Below, piece by piece: positions 10,084-20,795 of a stretch of DNA of 64,000 nucleotides. The stretch covers positions 268,762 to 332,761 of the forward strand of contig RDEW01000012.1 in NCBI GenBank assembly GCA_011109175.1, written 5' to 3'. The stretch's first letter is position 1. The number at the start of each line of letters is the position of its first letter. The notes under the pieces were generated by a model that was not told the DNA's origin, ran no database searches, and worked only from the letters and a program-made list of their open reading frames with translations. Position numbers and translations under genes: made by a program. This stretch comes from Dicyema japonicum (Eukaryota > Animalia > Dicyemida).

Positions 10084-12135
10084 TGTCACATGGGCCAAGC
10101 GTTACCTATGGGCAGCCTGTTACATTAACCTTGAACCAAGATTAACTTCAATTAATTTTATAACCTTGACCAAGATTAACTTCAATTAATTTTATAAATG
10201 ATTTATTAACCACAAAAAATTAAATTTAAGTAACTTTTTTTAGTCTACTCATTAATACAGTCGATATTTCTCCTTTCGAATTTTTTATCTATCAAATTAA
10301 ACTATTTAAAACTACCTCCACGCGATTATTCGATAAAATATTAATTATTTCTGCAACTGGATAATACTGAGACTCAAACTTATCCAGTCGCAATGAGGGA
10401 TTTGTTCCAAAGTCCTTTTTAGCCCGAACCTATTTATTAATGTTTTTGATTCATACTTTATCTCCCATGTTAAAAGTATATTTACTATTATGAACATTCA
10501 TTTTCCTGTTCATAGCTTTGTAATAATTCGAATTTTCTTCAATCGATTTAATTTCGAAATTGAATCTCTTCGCATTCGGACACAAATTATCTGACTGGGA
10601 ATTATCTAGATATAAATTTTTTAAATCAAACTAAGTGAATTTTCAATAGATTCTGGAGTCGATAAATTAACCAAATCGTCAATTTGTTCTGGAATCGCAC
10701 ACTCATCACTTAAATTATCTAAGTCATAATGATATAAGTATAACCATTAATTATTGAATTTATTCCCTTAATTCCTCGATATCTTTCGAAAGGACTTTCG
10801 TTAGAAAATGAATGGACCGATATGTTGTAACTGTAGACAGCACTTTCTAATTNNNNNNNNNNNNNNNNNNNNNNNNNNNNNNNNNNNNNNNNNNNNNNNN
10901 NNNNNNNNNNNNNNNNNNNNNNNNNNNNNNNGACTTTCGTTAGAAAATGAATGGACCGATATGTTGTAACTGTAGACAGCACTTTCTAATTTATCAAGCC
11001 ACTTTTTTTCACTGTTATCCAGCATTTTTGACAACTTCCTCGTGATCGTCTGATTAAATCTTTCGACAATTCCTTGTGCTCATGGATTGTTAGGCCTTCC
11101 GTGAATTTGCTTAATGTTAAAATCTTCGCAAAGTTTTGTTATTTATGAACAAATATCTTAAGTTTTCACATACTTCTTTACCAGACTTATTATAGAGTGG
11201 TCGTACAAAAGCGAATCTATAAATTTAAAAAACCAACCTACTATATATGTCAATGACCGTTAAAAATCCATTTGAAACTTTCATTTAATGTTGAAAATTT
11301 TTTCAGGTCTATTAGATCTACCTGAAAACGTTCATTTGGAGAAGAAGCAAACACATGGTGATTTATATCTCCAATCTACAATTATAAAAAATCACGAACT
11401 TTTAAAAAACGCGAAAATTTGCAGACTTCACAATTTCGAATGACTTTTCTGATAATCTCATTCTTTACAGTGAAGTATCTTTGTCGACATTCATACTCAA
11501 TTTTATTGACTCCTCGGTGTGAAAACTCGTGCAACGATTTCGCAACATGCTCCATTTCGGTTTCATTATCCAAGGATATGACTAACTTGGGATCAGTTGA
11601 TTTAAGATACAGTCTAAAATTATTGAAAATTTACAATACCTGTCATTGATAATAGAAAAATTCTCTATCTTCTTTACAAGCCTATATTTTTGGTGCCTCG
11701 GAAGATTTTCGGGAAATTTACCATGCAAAGCATCTTTTAAAATTTGATATTCAACGCAATCTTTCACAAAACCCTTGTAAGAAGCCATTGCAACAAATAA
11801 TCTTCCATGCTATAAATCACGCTAGAAATCTAGGTTTACCGCTATAAAAAAAATAAAATCTTTATAATCATAACATTTATAAATAAAAAACTAATTTAAC
11901 AGGATTAAATCAAGATATAAATCGGATATATAAAATTAAATGTCGGATAATCCAATGAGGGACTCATCCTCATCTTTGTCGGTCTGGGATCACTTAGTTA
12001 GATGAGAACTTTTATTTCTTTCTTTTGACCCAGTGATCCGACATTAATAATAATAATGTCGGATAATCAAAAGACCTTTTCAAGGTCGAAAAAATGTAAC
12101 AGGCTGCCCATGCGTTACGCGCCGCCCATGTGACA
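10084..12135 (-). mobile_element. Ginger-type (Gypsy-integrase-related) DNA transposon with an intron-containing transposase, defective
   Basis: ~43-bp TIRs TGTCACATGGGC...GCCCATGTGACA and 5-bp TSD AATTA (10079-83, 12136-40). HHCC zinc finger and integrase core ERFQVDLIDL..VIDIYSRF..HGRPNNP*AQGIVERFNQT. Five GT-AG introns of 21-26 nt. The second catalytic D region is deleted and there is one stop. Confidence 0.85.
10853..10931. other. Assembly gap (79 N) with overlapping flanks
   Basis: Run of N; ~60 bp before the gap is repeated after it. Confidence 1.
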
Positions 12136-13349
12136 AATTACCTATCAGCATGCCATAGTGGATTTCGTGAAGGAAGGTCGACAGCGGACATTCTGTGGAG
12201 CCACAGGTGGCGGTGTGCAACGGCTCAAAGATACAAAAATGCCACGACCATCCTGGGGATCGATATGTCAAGAGCTTTCGACACCATTAGCCGACACAAG
12301 CTAATGGTTGTCCTTCATCAATTTGTGGACCAATCATTGCTACGGATAATCAGAGTACTTCTCTCAAGTACTGAACTGTCAGTCCGAATTGGGAGAACTC
12401 TATCCCGACCATTCAAAACTACAATCGGCACTCCTCAGGGAGACTCCCTCTCCCCCTTACTATTTGTGATATATCTCGAAGCTGCACTAAAGGATCTAAG
12501 AACTTGCTATGAAGGAAAAATAAACGAAGTCGTATACGCGGATGATGTGGATTTTATATCCGAGGATACAGAAGCTCTCACACATCTGCTGGAAAATGCA
12601 CCGGACAAACTGGGGGAATGGTTCCTCATCGTTAACCGGGCCAAAACGGAAATCACGGAAATCAAAAGAATGGACAACATCCTTAATGAACGTTGGCGAC
12701 ATGTTAATAAGCTTGGATCCCTACTGGGGGACACAGAAGACATCATCAAAAGGAAAACACTTGCAGGAGTAGCAATGCGAAAACTCAAAAAGGATGGCTG
12801 AAAGGACTAGATGTCAATCTGCGGATACGCATGTACAATGCATTTGTGAAACCGATACTGACATACAATGCTGGTACTTGGGCCTGTACAGGTGCGGAAT
12901 CAATGGCTCTCGATGGGTTCCACAGAAAACAACTTAGAGTATTATTTGGCATGCAGTGGCCAGCCAGAATCTCGAATACCGGTATTTACAAAAAATGCAA
13001 GAGTAGGCCTCTAAGCCTGGAAATCACTGACGCCCGGTGGAGACTGTTTGGTCACGTACTACGCATGGATCTTGCTGCCTCGGCTAATGTGGCGATAGAG
13101 AACCATTTCATGTTCGAGGGCAAATGCTTCCGTGGCAGACCAAGGATGACCCTACCTATCATGCTGCACAAAGACCTCCAAAGGATGAAGAAATGCCTAA
13201 AGACGGGAGACGATCTGGACATGCTGAGATCGACTGCGTGTAACCGTGGAGGATGGAAGAGGCTAACTAATAACATTGTTTCTTGTATTGCACATGCTTT
13301 GCTATAACTATTATGGCAAGGCGATAAGTGCTGTAATAATAATAAAAAC

Positions 13350-13590
13350 ATGTGGAGGAACAATGTACAAATGTCTCTCTCAAGATCAACATACTTAAAG
13401 CTGTGTCAGGTCATTCCTTCGGCCAAAACAAAGAAGCCCTAACCATCATATATAAATAATTCATTCGAACAACTATTAACTATGCAAGCCCTTGGTGGTC
13501 AACCTTTGCCTCTCTTAGTTCTATTGACAAACTACAAAATGTACAAAACATCGCGCTCAGGATAATTACTGGATGTCTCAGATCAACTCC
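13350..13590 (+). mobile_element. I/Jockey-group LINE RT C-terminal fragment
   Basis: KINILKAVSGHSFGQNKEAL..YK*FIRTTINYASPWW..KLQNVQNIALRIITGCLRSTP. Confidence 0.75.
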
Positions 13591-13815
13591 TATTGATCAT
13601 CTATCCATTTATGTTCCCATTTTATGTTCTAGATCAGTTAATGAATTAAAACGTTATTCAACACTACTTGAGAAAAATTATGCAATACAGAGTTATTCTA
13701 TGTTACATAATTCCATTTGACACTCTGGATCATTTACTGATGTATAAATTAGATCACGAAATGAATAACAAAATAAACATTATCACTTCTTGCCTAATAG
13801 AAGCTTAAATCTACA
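13590..13815. repeat. Isolated partial unit of the ~355-bp satellite
   Basis: Aligns to 2840-3050. Confidence 0.85.
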
Positions 13816-13825
13816 GGATCAGGAA

Positions 13826-14510
13826 CTATTCTGGTACTAATCTACAGCGTGCGGTATGTTGGAATTGAGTATTGCACAGGAATAAATCAAAGGATTCGCA
13901 GAAATATGCCAGAGCAGTACCAGAATAGTTCCTGATCCCCCTTCCATGTGGTCCAATAAAACGTTCGTGTCCTTGATGTACCCCAGCTTTAGCATTCCAA
14001 TCACCAGCGATAAGGAGGAACGATGAAAACTTCAGAGAAGATACGACCTCGACAAGTTCTTCGTAGAAAACGTCCAATTCCTCTGGGTTTTTGGCAACAC
14101 GGCCACTATGTGGGGCGTACACGTTCACAATGGAAATTAGTTGCCTGGACTTCCCTTTGGGTCCAATAAGAAATTGAATAACACATATCCTGTCATCAAT
14201 TTTCCAATATCGATGTAATCTGGGGAGCAAATTCTTGTGAACAGCGAAACCCTGTCCATAGTGTTTACAGTACGATGGAAGGAGGATTAGTCTGTAGTCT
14301 CCAAGGTTTTCATCGAGTCCTTTTCTGAGCTTCGTCTCTTGGAGACAGCAAACAGAGCATCCATATTTTGCAAGGTCCAGACATAGTTGGTGCCTCTTCG
14401 ACCAGTCATTAAGGCCCCTGGCATTGAAGGTAAGGGTAGAAAACCAAGGATTATTCAATTGCGTATTAGACATATGTGCCATAGAGGGACGTCACCACCT
14501 CAACCAAAAA
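13826..14510 (-). mobile_element. RTE-clade LINE 5' part (endonuclease), 3' truncated
   Basis: 5' motif TTTTTGGTTGAGGTGGTGACGTCCCTC, then TFNARG, LQETK, VYAPHS, AGDWNAK. Confidence 0.85.
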
Positions 14511-14781
14511 TACGAATAGAGAGGTTAAAAATGTAATAATTTAGTATACTTTCTATATTTGGGGCACCCTCTATATTTGGAGCACTTTTCTATTGGGGCG
14601 GGGTCCTACTGTATATTGGAGACTCTGAGTTATCCTCATTGACTATAAATGTTATGAAAATACAGGGGATGACGATTCTAAAGGAATGTGTGGTTCATAT
14701 TTTAAATTCATTTGTTGGTAGAATTTCACCAGAAGACATTAAAGTTGCCGTTTTTCATTCATAGGCCTTTCGAGATAAATT

Positions 14782-15114
14782 ATTTTATAGCCGCGTGGCG
14801 CTGTGTGGCGCTGCGTGGTTCATTGATTGAAGTTTTCTGTTTGTTTGTCTGTACCTCCTCTCTCTTCCTATTAGAGTGGCGTCATGTGATCCACCTGTCT
14901 AGGTGACGCCCAGTGCCAGGCCGGCACGAAAAAGGATCATTTGTTCTTCCCCACTCAACTGGAGGGGTTTCCACAACTGAATGTAATGGACGTCTTACCC
15001 TTTATGCTGATTCCGGATGGACTCTGTTTCTGTAGAAGTGGAAACTGGATACACTTAATTAGTTGTTTACTTTAACTTCTTTCTCGGTGTATCCGGGGTT
15101 AATAAATTAATTAA
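14782..15114 (+). mobile_element. SINE-like retroposon family B, bounded copy
   Basis: Flanked by a 21-bp direct repeat ATAGGCCTTTCGAGA(T/C)AAATT (14761-81, 15115-35), with an A/T-rich 3' end. Homologous copies at 1-90, ~18445, ~36585 and ~61745. Confidence 0.7.
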
Positions 15115-15389
15115 ATAGGCCTTTCGAGACAAATTGATAACCACGTTTATAGAAATTGCAGTTCAACCTACAAACACGTATAATATCTCTTCTTAACGCA
15201 AGGCGATCACCATAGCACTTAGAAGTAAACTCTATCTTTGGGACAGCATGACGTGGTCAATAATTAGGCAAGCATTCTCGCGTTACCCATAAGCATATAC
15301 TTGGGGTTCCGCTTTCTTATCATTAATTGTTCAAATAGGGTGGAATTGAAAAAAATAGAAAATTCTAAATTATGGTAAGCACGTGTTAA

Positions 15390-17350
15390 TCAATGAGTCT
15401 CTTCAACTTCACTATATAACCTACTCGGTATTTTTCATCGAATTTTGTCCGCAAAAAACGAGATAAATGAAACAACCAAGGAAAGGTATTTTTGAGATCA
15501 GTCAAATGGATCTGATGGGCGGGAAGTTTCAGGTGGGTTGAGACAAGAGAAAGGTGATCCTTTTTGTGGTCCTTAAGGAGACAGTAGGGATCGAAACATC
15601 TTTCGAATTCTCTTCGAATGCTCCACCAGTGAACCAACAGCGTTTCGGAAGTGTCTTCTTTTATTTCTGCAGAGGAATTCTATCGGAGTGCACTTTTTTA
15701 AAGCCGATCTGAATTCCTCCGCATGAACCACCCTCTCTCTGAATGGGTTTCCTAGCTCATTGCACATACGTAGGAAGCCCAGGACATTTCTCACCGTCGC
15801 CTCCCCTGAAAGGTTCAATAATAATAATGTAGACATGGATCTCTCATTTTTTAATCCATGTTGAAAAGACCTCTCCAGGATTTTTGACATGAAACATAGT
15901 ATTGACACTGGTCTAAAAGACGCTGAATCATCTCTCGGTCTTCCTGATTTTAGTATTGGCCGTATTATTGCCTGTTTCCATAATAATAGTATCACATTCT
16001 GGTTAATCGAATAGTTGAAAATCGACGTTAGAAAAATGACTCCCCCGTCTCCAAGATATTTTTAATAAAATAACAGGAATGTTGTCTGGTCTATGAGAGT
16101 ATGTCGTTTTTGCGCAATGTATTATGTCCATCACCTTTCTCTCTGAAAAGAAGAGTGGTTCTAATAGTCTCTTTAGTTTCTTGCGTGATGGTAGTGTATC
16201 AGACTTCATGTGCTCCTTGTGTGAAATTTTAGTATAGATTTTATCAAATTGTTCACATCACTTTGAACATAATCCTCTTCTGTTGAAACTTCATCGCTTT
16301 TGCCACATTTCGAATAGCTTTCCACACCTCTTCATTAGTGCGATTTCTATTCACCATTGTAAGCACACGATTCTTCAACCTCTGGGCCTTGAGCTTTTTA
16401 GCCTGATCCGGAGTTTATATCCAAGGTTATCCGGTTAGATTTTTTAAGCTATTTCTTTCTTTCATCAAGGACGTCTTCCCTCGACCACTCGACAAATTTA
16501 AGTAATGTTTGGGTATAGCCCTTGATATGCTTCTAAGATTATTTGGGTAAAGTAGCTGATAGCATTCTCCAGAGAACTGAAGCTATCCAAGTAACAATTC
16601 TTCATTTTTCTTCTGAGAGTTCGCGATACAATTTCCTGTTAGCACTTTTGTAATTGAAGCTGCTAGGAATTCTTTTCACGTTGGCCTCTCTTTTGATCTT
16701 CACCACAATTGGATTATGGTCGCTTCTGGTTTCGTAGAGGACTGACCAATCAATTTTTGATGAAAGTGATGATGATCAGAGTGTTACGTCCAGTGAGGTA
16801 TTTATCTGTCTCTCTCTGTGGTGTCCTTGTATTTCCCGATGGATCATTCAATATCGTTAGAGAGTCCGTTTGCGATAACAATAGTTTCTCTCTCATGTCA
16901 GCTAGTGTTGACAGCCATAAGGGATGCTTCGTATTCAAATCCCCGCGATGATGATTCATCGAAGAAGACAGTCTTGATAGGTTGGCATAACATAGCTCTT
17001 CGGCAGGAACCAGGAGGCGAAACGTAGATATTCACAATCATATTCTTCTTTTCGTTGTCCGAGCGAGATTCTAATTATTTCTGTGACATCATCATCCCTA
17101 ACAAGTTTCCTCACTTCCGAGGAGATGTCTCTGCATTTAAAGTTCTTTTTGAATAGAGTTAGTAGAATTCCACCTCTTTTTTCTCTACGGTCCTTCCTGA
17201 TAGTTTTGTATCCTGGAATGTAATTAAAAGAGAGTTTGGTCTCTTGAATCATCGCCACGTTAATCTTTTGGCAAGCCAGGAGTGAGCGAAGTTCCCTGAT
17301 TTTTCCTTTAATTCCATTTATGTTAAGCTGGAGAGCCGTAAAGTGCTTTT
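15390..17350 (-). mobile_element. Degenerate I/Jockey/L2-type LINE (endonuclease + partial RT)
   Basis: AMIQETKL..GYKTIRKDR, GDLNTKHPLW, WKQAIIRPILKSG..SFRPVSILCFMSKILER. Many stops and deletions. Confidence 0.75.
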
Positions 17351-17692
17351 CTCTTCGATGGGCTGAGGATTTCCTCCGGGAAGGTTCGATCTTACGCCAA
17401 ATGCATCGCCCGGGGACGAGAATGTCCCAAGAAGGATGGGGTCTATTAGTCCTTTTTATGTGGCATTAGGTGCCCCCTGGGCGTTTCCAAATCCTTTTAA
17501 ATTGGTGGACCACATAACGCCACGATAAATTTAACACAATAAAAAAATGATACAAGCAGTAAAGAGGAAGGGTAGATAATCACTGACTGATGTTATGATG
17601 GGGGATTAATATAGTTATTATTAAATTACATTTATTAATAATAATGTTAAATATTTTGTGAAATATTATCAAGTCGTTGTGTGTCTTAAAAA

Positions 17693-18388
17693 ATGGTAAA
17701 GAGGAACAAGAAACAATACTTTACAAATTCTTCTAAGAGAATAAAGATTGGGGACCACTCTCAGGGTATTCTCATAACATCATCCAACATTAAACGTGCT
17801 GCTGATGATGCCATTTTAATTTTGGATGACATTCCTGGAGTAAAGACCACAGTAGTCAACATTGGAATGAAAAACGCCATTTTTATTGAAATTGAAAGTT
17901 CAGATTCTGTCAAAGATATTGTTGATAAGATTTTTGATGAGATTGGGGAAGCTAAGACTCCAAGGTCACGTTTCATATGCAAGTTCCAGCCAGTCTTTTC
18001 AGTTTGTCATTCAAATATGGACAAGATTTCCACAGCCTTATCAGAATCCCTAAAGTCGGAGACCTGGTTGACCACTATCAACTCTATAGACTTGGTCGGG
18101 AAGGTGAAGAACAACAGTGACTTCAAATCCTCCCAAGTGACGGAAAAGTGTCGTCTAGTAGCGAAGGAGTGTCTGTCTGAGTGTCCATTGGAGTTTTCCA
18201 CCCCTGAAGTATTAGTGCAAGTATTTGTATATGGAAAGACATCATTTGTTTGCATAATGTCTTCTTATGATAAATATAGAAAATATAATCTTATTGAGGT
18301 GGGGAGAAAGGATTTAATTTATAAATGTTTAATATTTATTTTGTTTTTTTTATTTAAATTTGTTAATATTCATTGCGTTGTTGGGTAA
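17693..18388 (+). CDS. THUMPD1: THUMP domain-containing protein (THUMPD1/Tan1, tRNA acetylation adaptor)
   Basis: 231-aa ORF with GILIT, RSRFICKFQPV..C, KVKNNS, and the TPEVLVQV..SYDKYRKYNL C-terminal signature of Tan1/THUMPD1. The last ~25 codons look like AT-rich UTR read-through. Confidence 0.78.
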   Translation: MVKRNKKQYFTNSSKRIKIGDHSQGILITSSNIKRAADDAILILDDIPGVKTTVVNIGMKNAIFIEIESSDSVKDIVDKIFDEIGEAKTPRSRFICKFQPVFSVCHSNMDKISTALSESLKSETWLTTINSIDLVGKVKNNSDFKSSQVTEKCRLVAKECLSECPLEFSTPEVLVQVFVYGKTSFVCIMSSYDKYRKYNLIEVGRKDLIYKCLIFILFFLFKFVNIHCVVG

Positions 18389-18444
18389 AACTCTCACAAA
18401 TACCATTTAAGAATTAATTTGTAACACTTAAAATCATTTTCTTA

Positions 18445-18600
18445 TGTGTCATGTAATCCACCTGTCTCATTGGCGCGAAAAAAAGATCATTTGCTTTCAC
18501 CACACTCCACCGGATTAGTTACCACAACTGAAAGGAATCGATGTTCTCTTCACTTTTCGTTGGTTCTGGATGGACTTGTGTGATATTTTAAGGACTCTCT
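18445..18600 (+). repeat. SINE-like family B, diverged copy
   Basis: GTCATGTAATCCACCTGTCT..GAAAAAAAGATCATTTG..CCACAACTGAA..GGATGGAC aligns with 14880-15025. Confidence 0.6.
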
Positions 18601-19889
18601 GCTTTAGTTACCGTTGGAAGTAGCTGGTGACTATTAACTACTGATGTCCATCACTTTGTCTACGATTTGTCATCACCTACCTGTTCTTACAATGGTGGTT
18701 CAACTAACATGTAGTATAATCGATCACTATAACTAGTAGAACTTTCCCCGCCTGCAAGAAATGATCCTTACACCTCTCAAAGTGATGGTTGGCAAGCACT
18801 ATGGTTAAGAAATTATGCTCGAAGCCTTGAAATGTGAGACGTGGGATCAACGGAAAAACCTCGACAGTGATAGAGTTTCCCGATCAATACCAGAAATGTC
18901 AGTCATTACACCAATGACTGATATGTTTAACTTAACCACCAATCTAATGAAATACCTGTTAAAGGCCATAATTTTAAGGTTTTTGGAATTTAAAAAAAAT
19001 TTTTGTTTTGTAAAGGGAATTGGTGACCCAATCTTTATTCTTGATAATTTTCAGATTCATTATTATTAAATTATTCCAAAGACCAATGGTAAACCCAAAC
19101 TAATTCCTTAATCTTGACGCGTTACAACAGAACCCTCACCCAAGTACAGTGATCTAGAGCTGAGGTTGATTCCAAAACTCGTCACTAAGGAGCGAAATTG
19201 TCTCCTAGTGGAATGAATAGACTGATCCCTTTGCATTGGGCGTCTTCTGAGTAAGGTGGATCCAATGACGCTACTAGTGGGAAGGAAGAAAAATCAGGTA
19301 AGTCTCACCACGGGGCCAAATGGATTCATCTTCAATTATTATAGTAAGAGTTGATTGAAACAGCAAAGCTTTATGTTCTTTATCAGCCTCTTTACTCACC
19401 AATTAAGAATGGATTCAGTGGATGGAAAATGCACGTTTTCAAAGGAATGGATGAAAATGAGCAAATTTTATAGTTTGATTAAAAAAAGATTAAAAAGTGT
19501 AGCTTTCTTTGATGAAACCCAATTTGACTTGGCTGTTTTTTCACCGGTCATCCGAGGAGTATTGTAATGAATAAGTATTACTATCGACAATATTAACTAT
19601 GCACATTATCTAATTGGATGATCCTGGTTCCATTTATCGTCCTTGCCACTTTTTTTCCTGTGCTCATTAAGATACCCTACCGCTTCTCGGAAGTGTTCCG
19701 CTTTTCAACACATGAATCTGGATAGAGATGTGGAAAAAGATTTTTTAAATAACAGTATATACATGAAAAATATTTTGTTTTTCCATTTTTGTAATATAAA
19801 AATGACTTCAAAATAATTAATAAAAACCTCGTGAGCGCTGCTGGTCATTTGAGCGAATTTTGCTCGTATCCAGCAATAGAAACACAATT

Positions 19890-20010
19890 CCTTTCTTCAG
19901 TTAACAATTAGTCATTTGAACAGCCTTTTAATATCGCTTTTCATCAGAAGACCAGACACTCTCGATTGGGTTTAGCATTGGACTATACGGTGATAGGTAA
20001 GTGGTTGCGC
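19890..20010 (-). mobile_element. IS630/Tc1 transposase remnant
   Basis: Minus-strand LSPYSPMLNPIESVWS motif. Confidence 0.6.
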
Positions 20011-20795
20011 TTGGTATTTCCAATTCAACTGCAAGATCCCGCCGATCTCCACCAGCATCATATAAAGCTAGGTGCTTTAATTTTTGTCAGTATTAATTTT
20101 TTACTCACCATGTTATAAATAAATTTTTTAAAACTTTTTATCAATACCTTTCGATTAAAATAAAAAAATCTAGTTCAATAATAATGAAGAAAATCAATTG
20201 TAATTAATTAACACTATACAAGCTGAATTCTTCTCCTATTTGGGCATTGGCCCTTTGTATCACCCTCACAGTTCCCCTCGTATACCACTTGAGAAAGCAA
20301 ATCACTAAAAAAGACTGCTGTTTCTCTTGGTTCCTTTTCTACGTCACCTCCGAGTTCAGAGCCTCTGAGATAAGATGATTAGTCACTCTATAATTGAATG
20401 AAGCAATTTCTGATTAGTCTTCTCCAAATAATTCTTTTTTTGATATTCCTTTATAATGTCAATGTTCAAGTTAGATATGTCATCCAGATTGTATTTGAGT
20501 GCAATAAATCTTGCGATAGTGGTCATATATGTTTTCCTTTGTTTTAAGACCCGCAAGATTCCTGCCCTTCAAAGACAAATGGTAGAATTCTTCTCAAGGT
20601 CGGTCAAAAATTGAAATAACATGCATTCACTCTTATCAGAAATTGAGGTTAATCCTCTTCCAAAACTATTCCTGCTGAGATATAATCTTTCTTTGTTAGC
20701 AGGTTTTAAGTGCACTCGTAAGTTAGAGAGTATACGCCGGATTTCTAAATCAATATCTTCAAATTCACGTGGTTTAATGTCGATAAGCCCAATGT

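Larger units (their letters stand above)
8508..13345 (+). mobile_element. RTE-clade LINE (APE endonuclease + RT), interrupted by a Ginger transposon
   Basis: Endonuclease motifs SFNVRG, LQETK, VYAPHS, AGDFNAKVG, NQIDY. RT motifs GFREGRST, IDMSRAFD, PQGDSLSPLLF, YADD, RWRLFGHVLRM. (TAA)n tail at ~13335-13345. The reading frame PAGN|YLSACHSG is rejoined across 10084-12140. Several frameshifts. Confidence 0.9.

Noticed and set aside
10792-10992. ~60-bp direct repeat around the short N gap
   Set aside because: Typical overlapping contig ends (negative gap) in scaffolding; the integrase reads on correctly if merged.
14550-14615. Possible Tc1/pogo TIR end (TACAGTAGGACCCC.. on the minus strand) with short internal repeats
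   Set aside because: No partner TIR or transposase nearby; too little evidence to annotate.
6906-18388. Prokaryotic origin or HGT of cobW and THUMP genes
   Set aside because: CBWD1 has seven spliceosomal introns, and both genes resemble the eukaryotic ZNG1 and THUMPD1/Tan1 families.
18300-18388. Hydrophobic transmembrane-like tail on THUMPD1
   Set aside because: Encoded by T/A-rich UTR-like sequence; probably read-through from a lost or miscalled stop.
19430-19570. FFDETQF motif suggesting another IS630-like remnant on +
   Set aside because: Single short motif with no supporting downstream motifs or TIRs.
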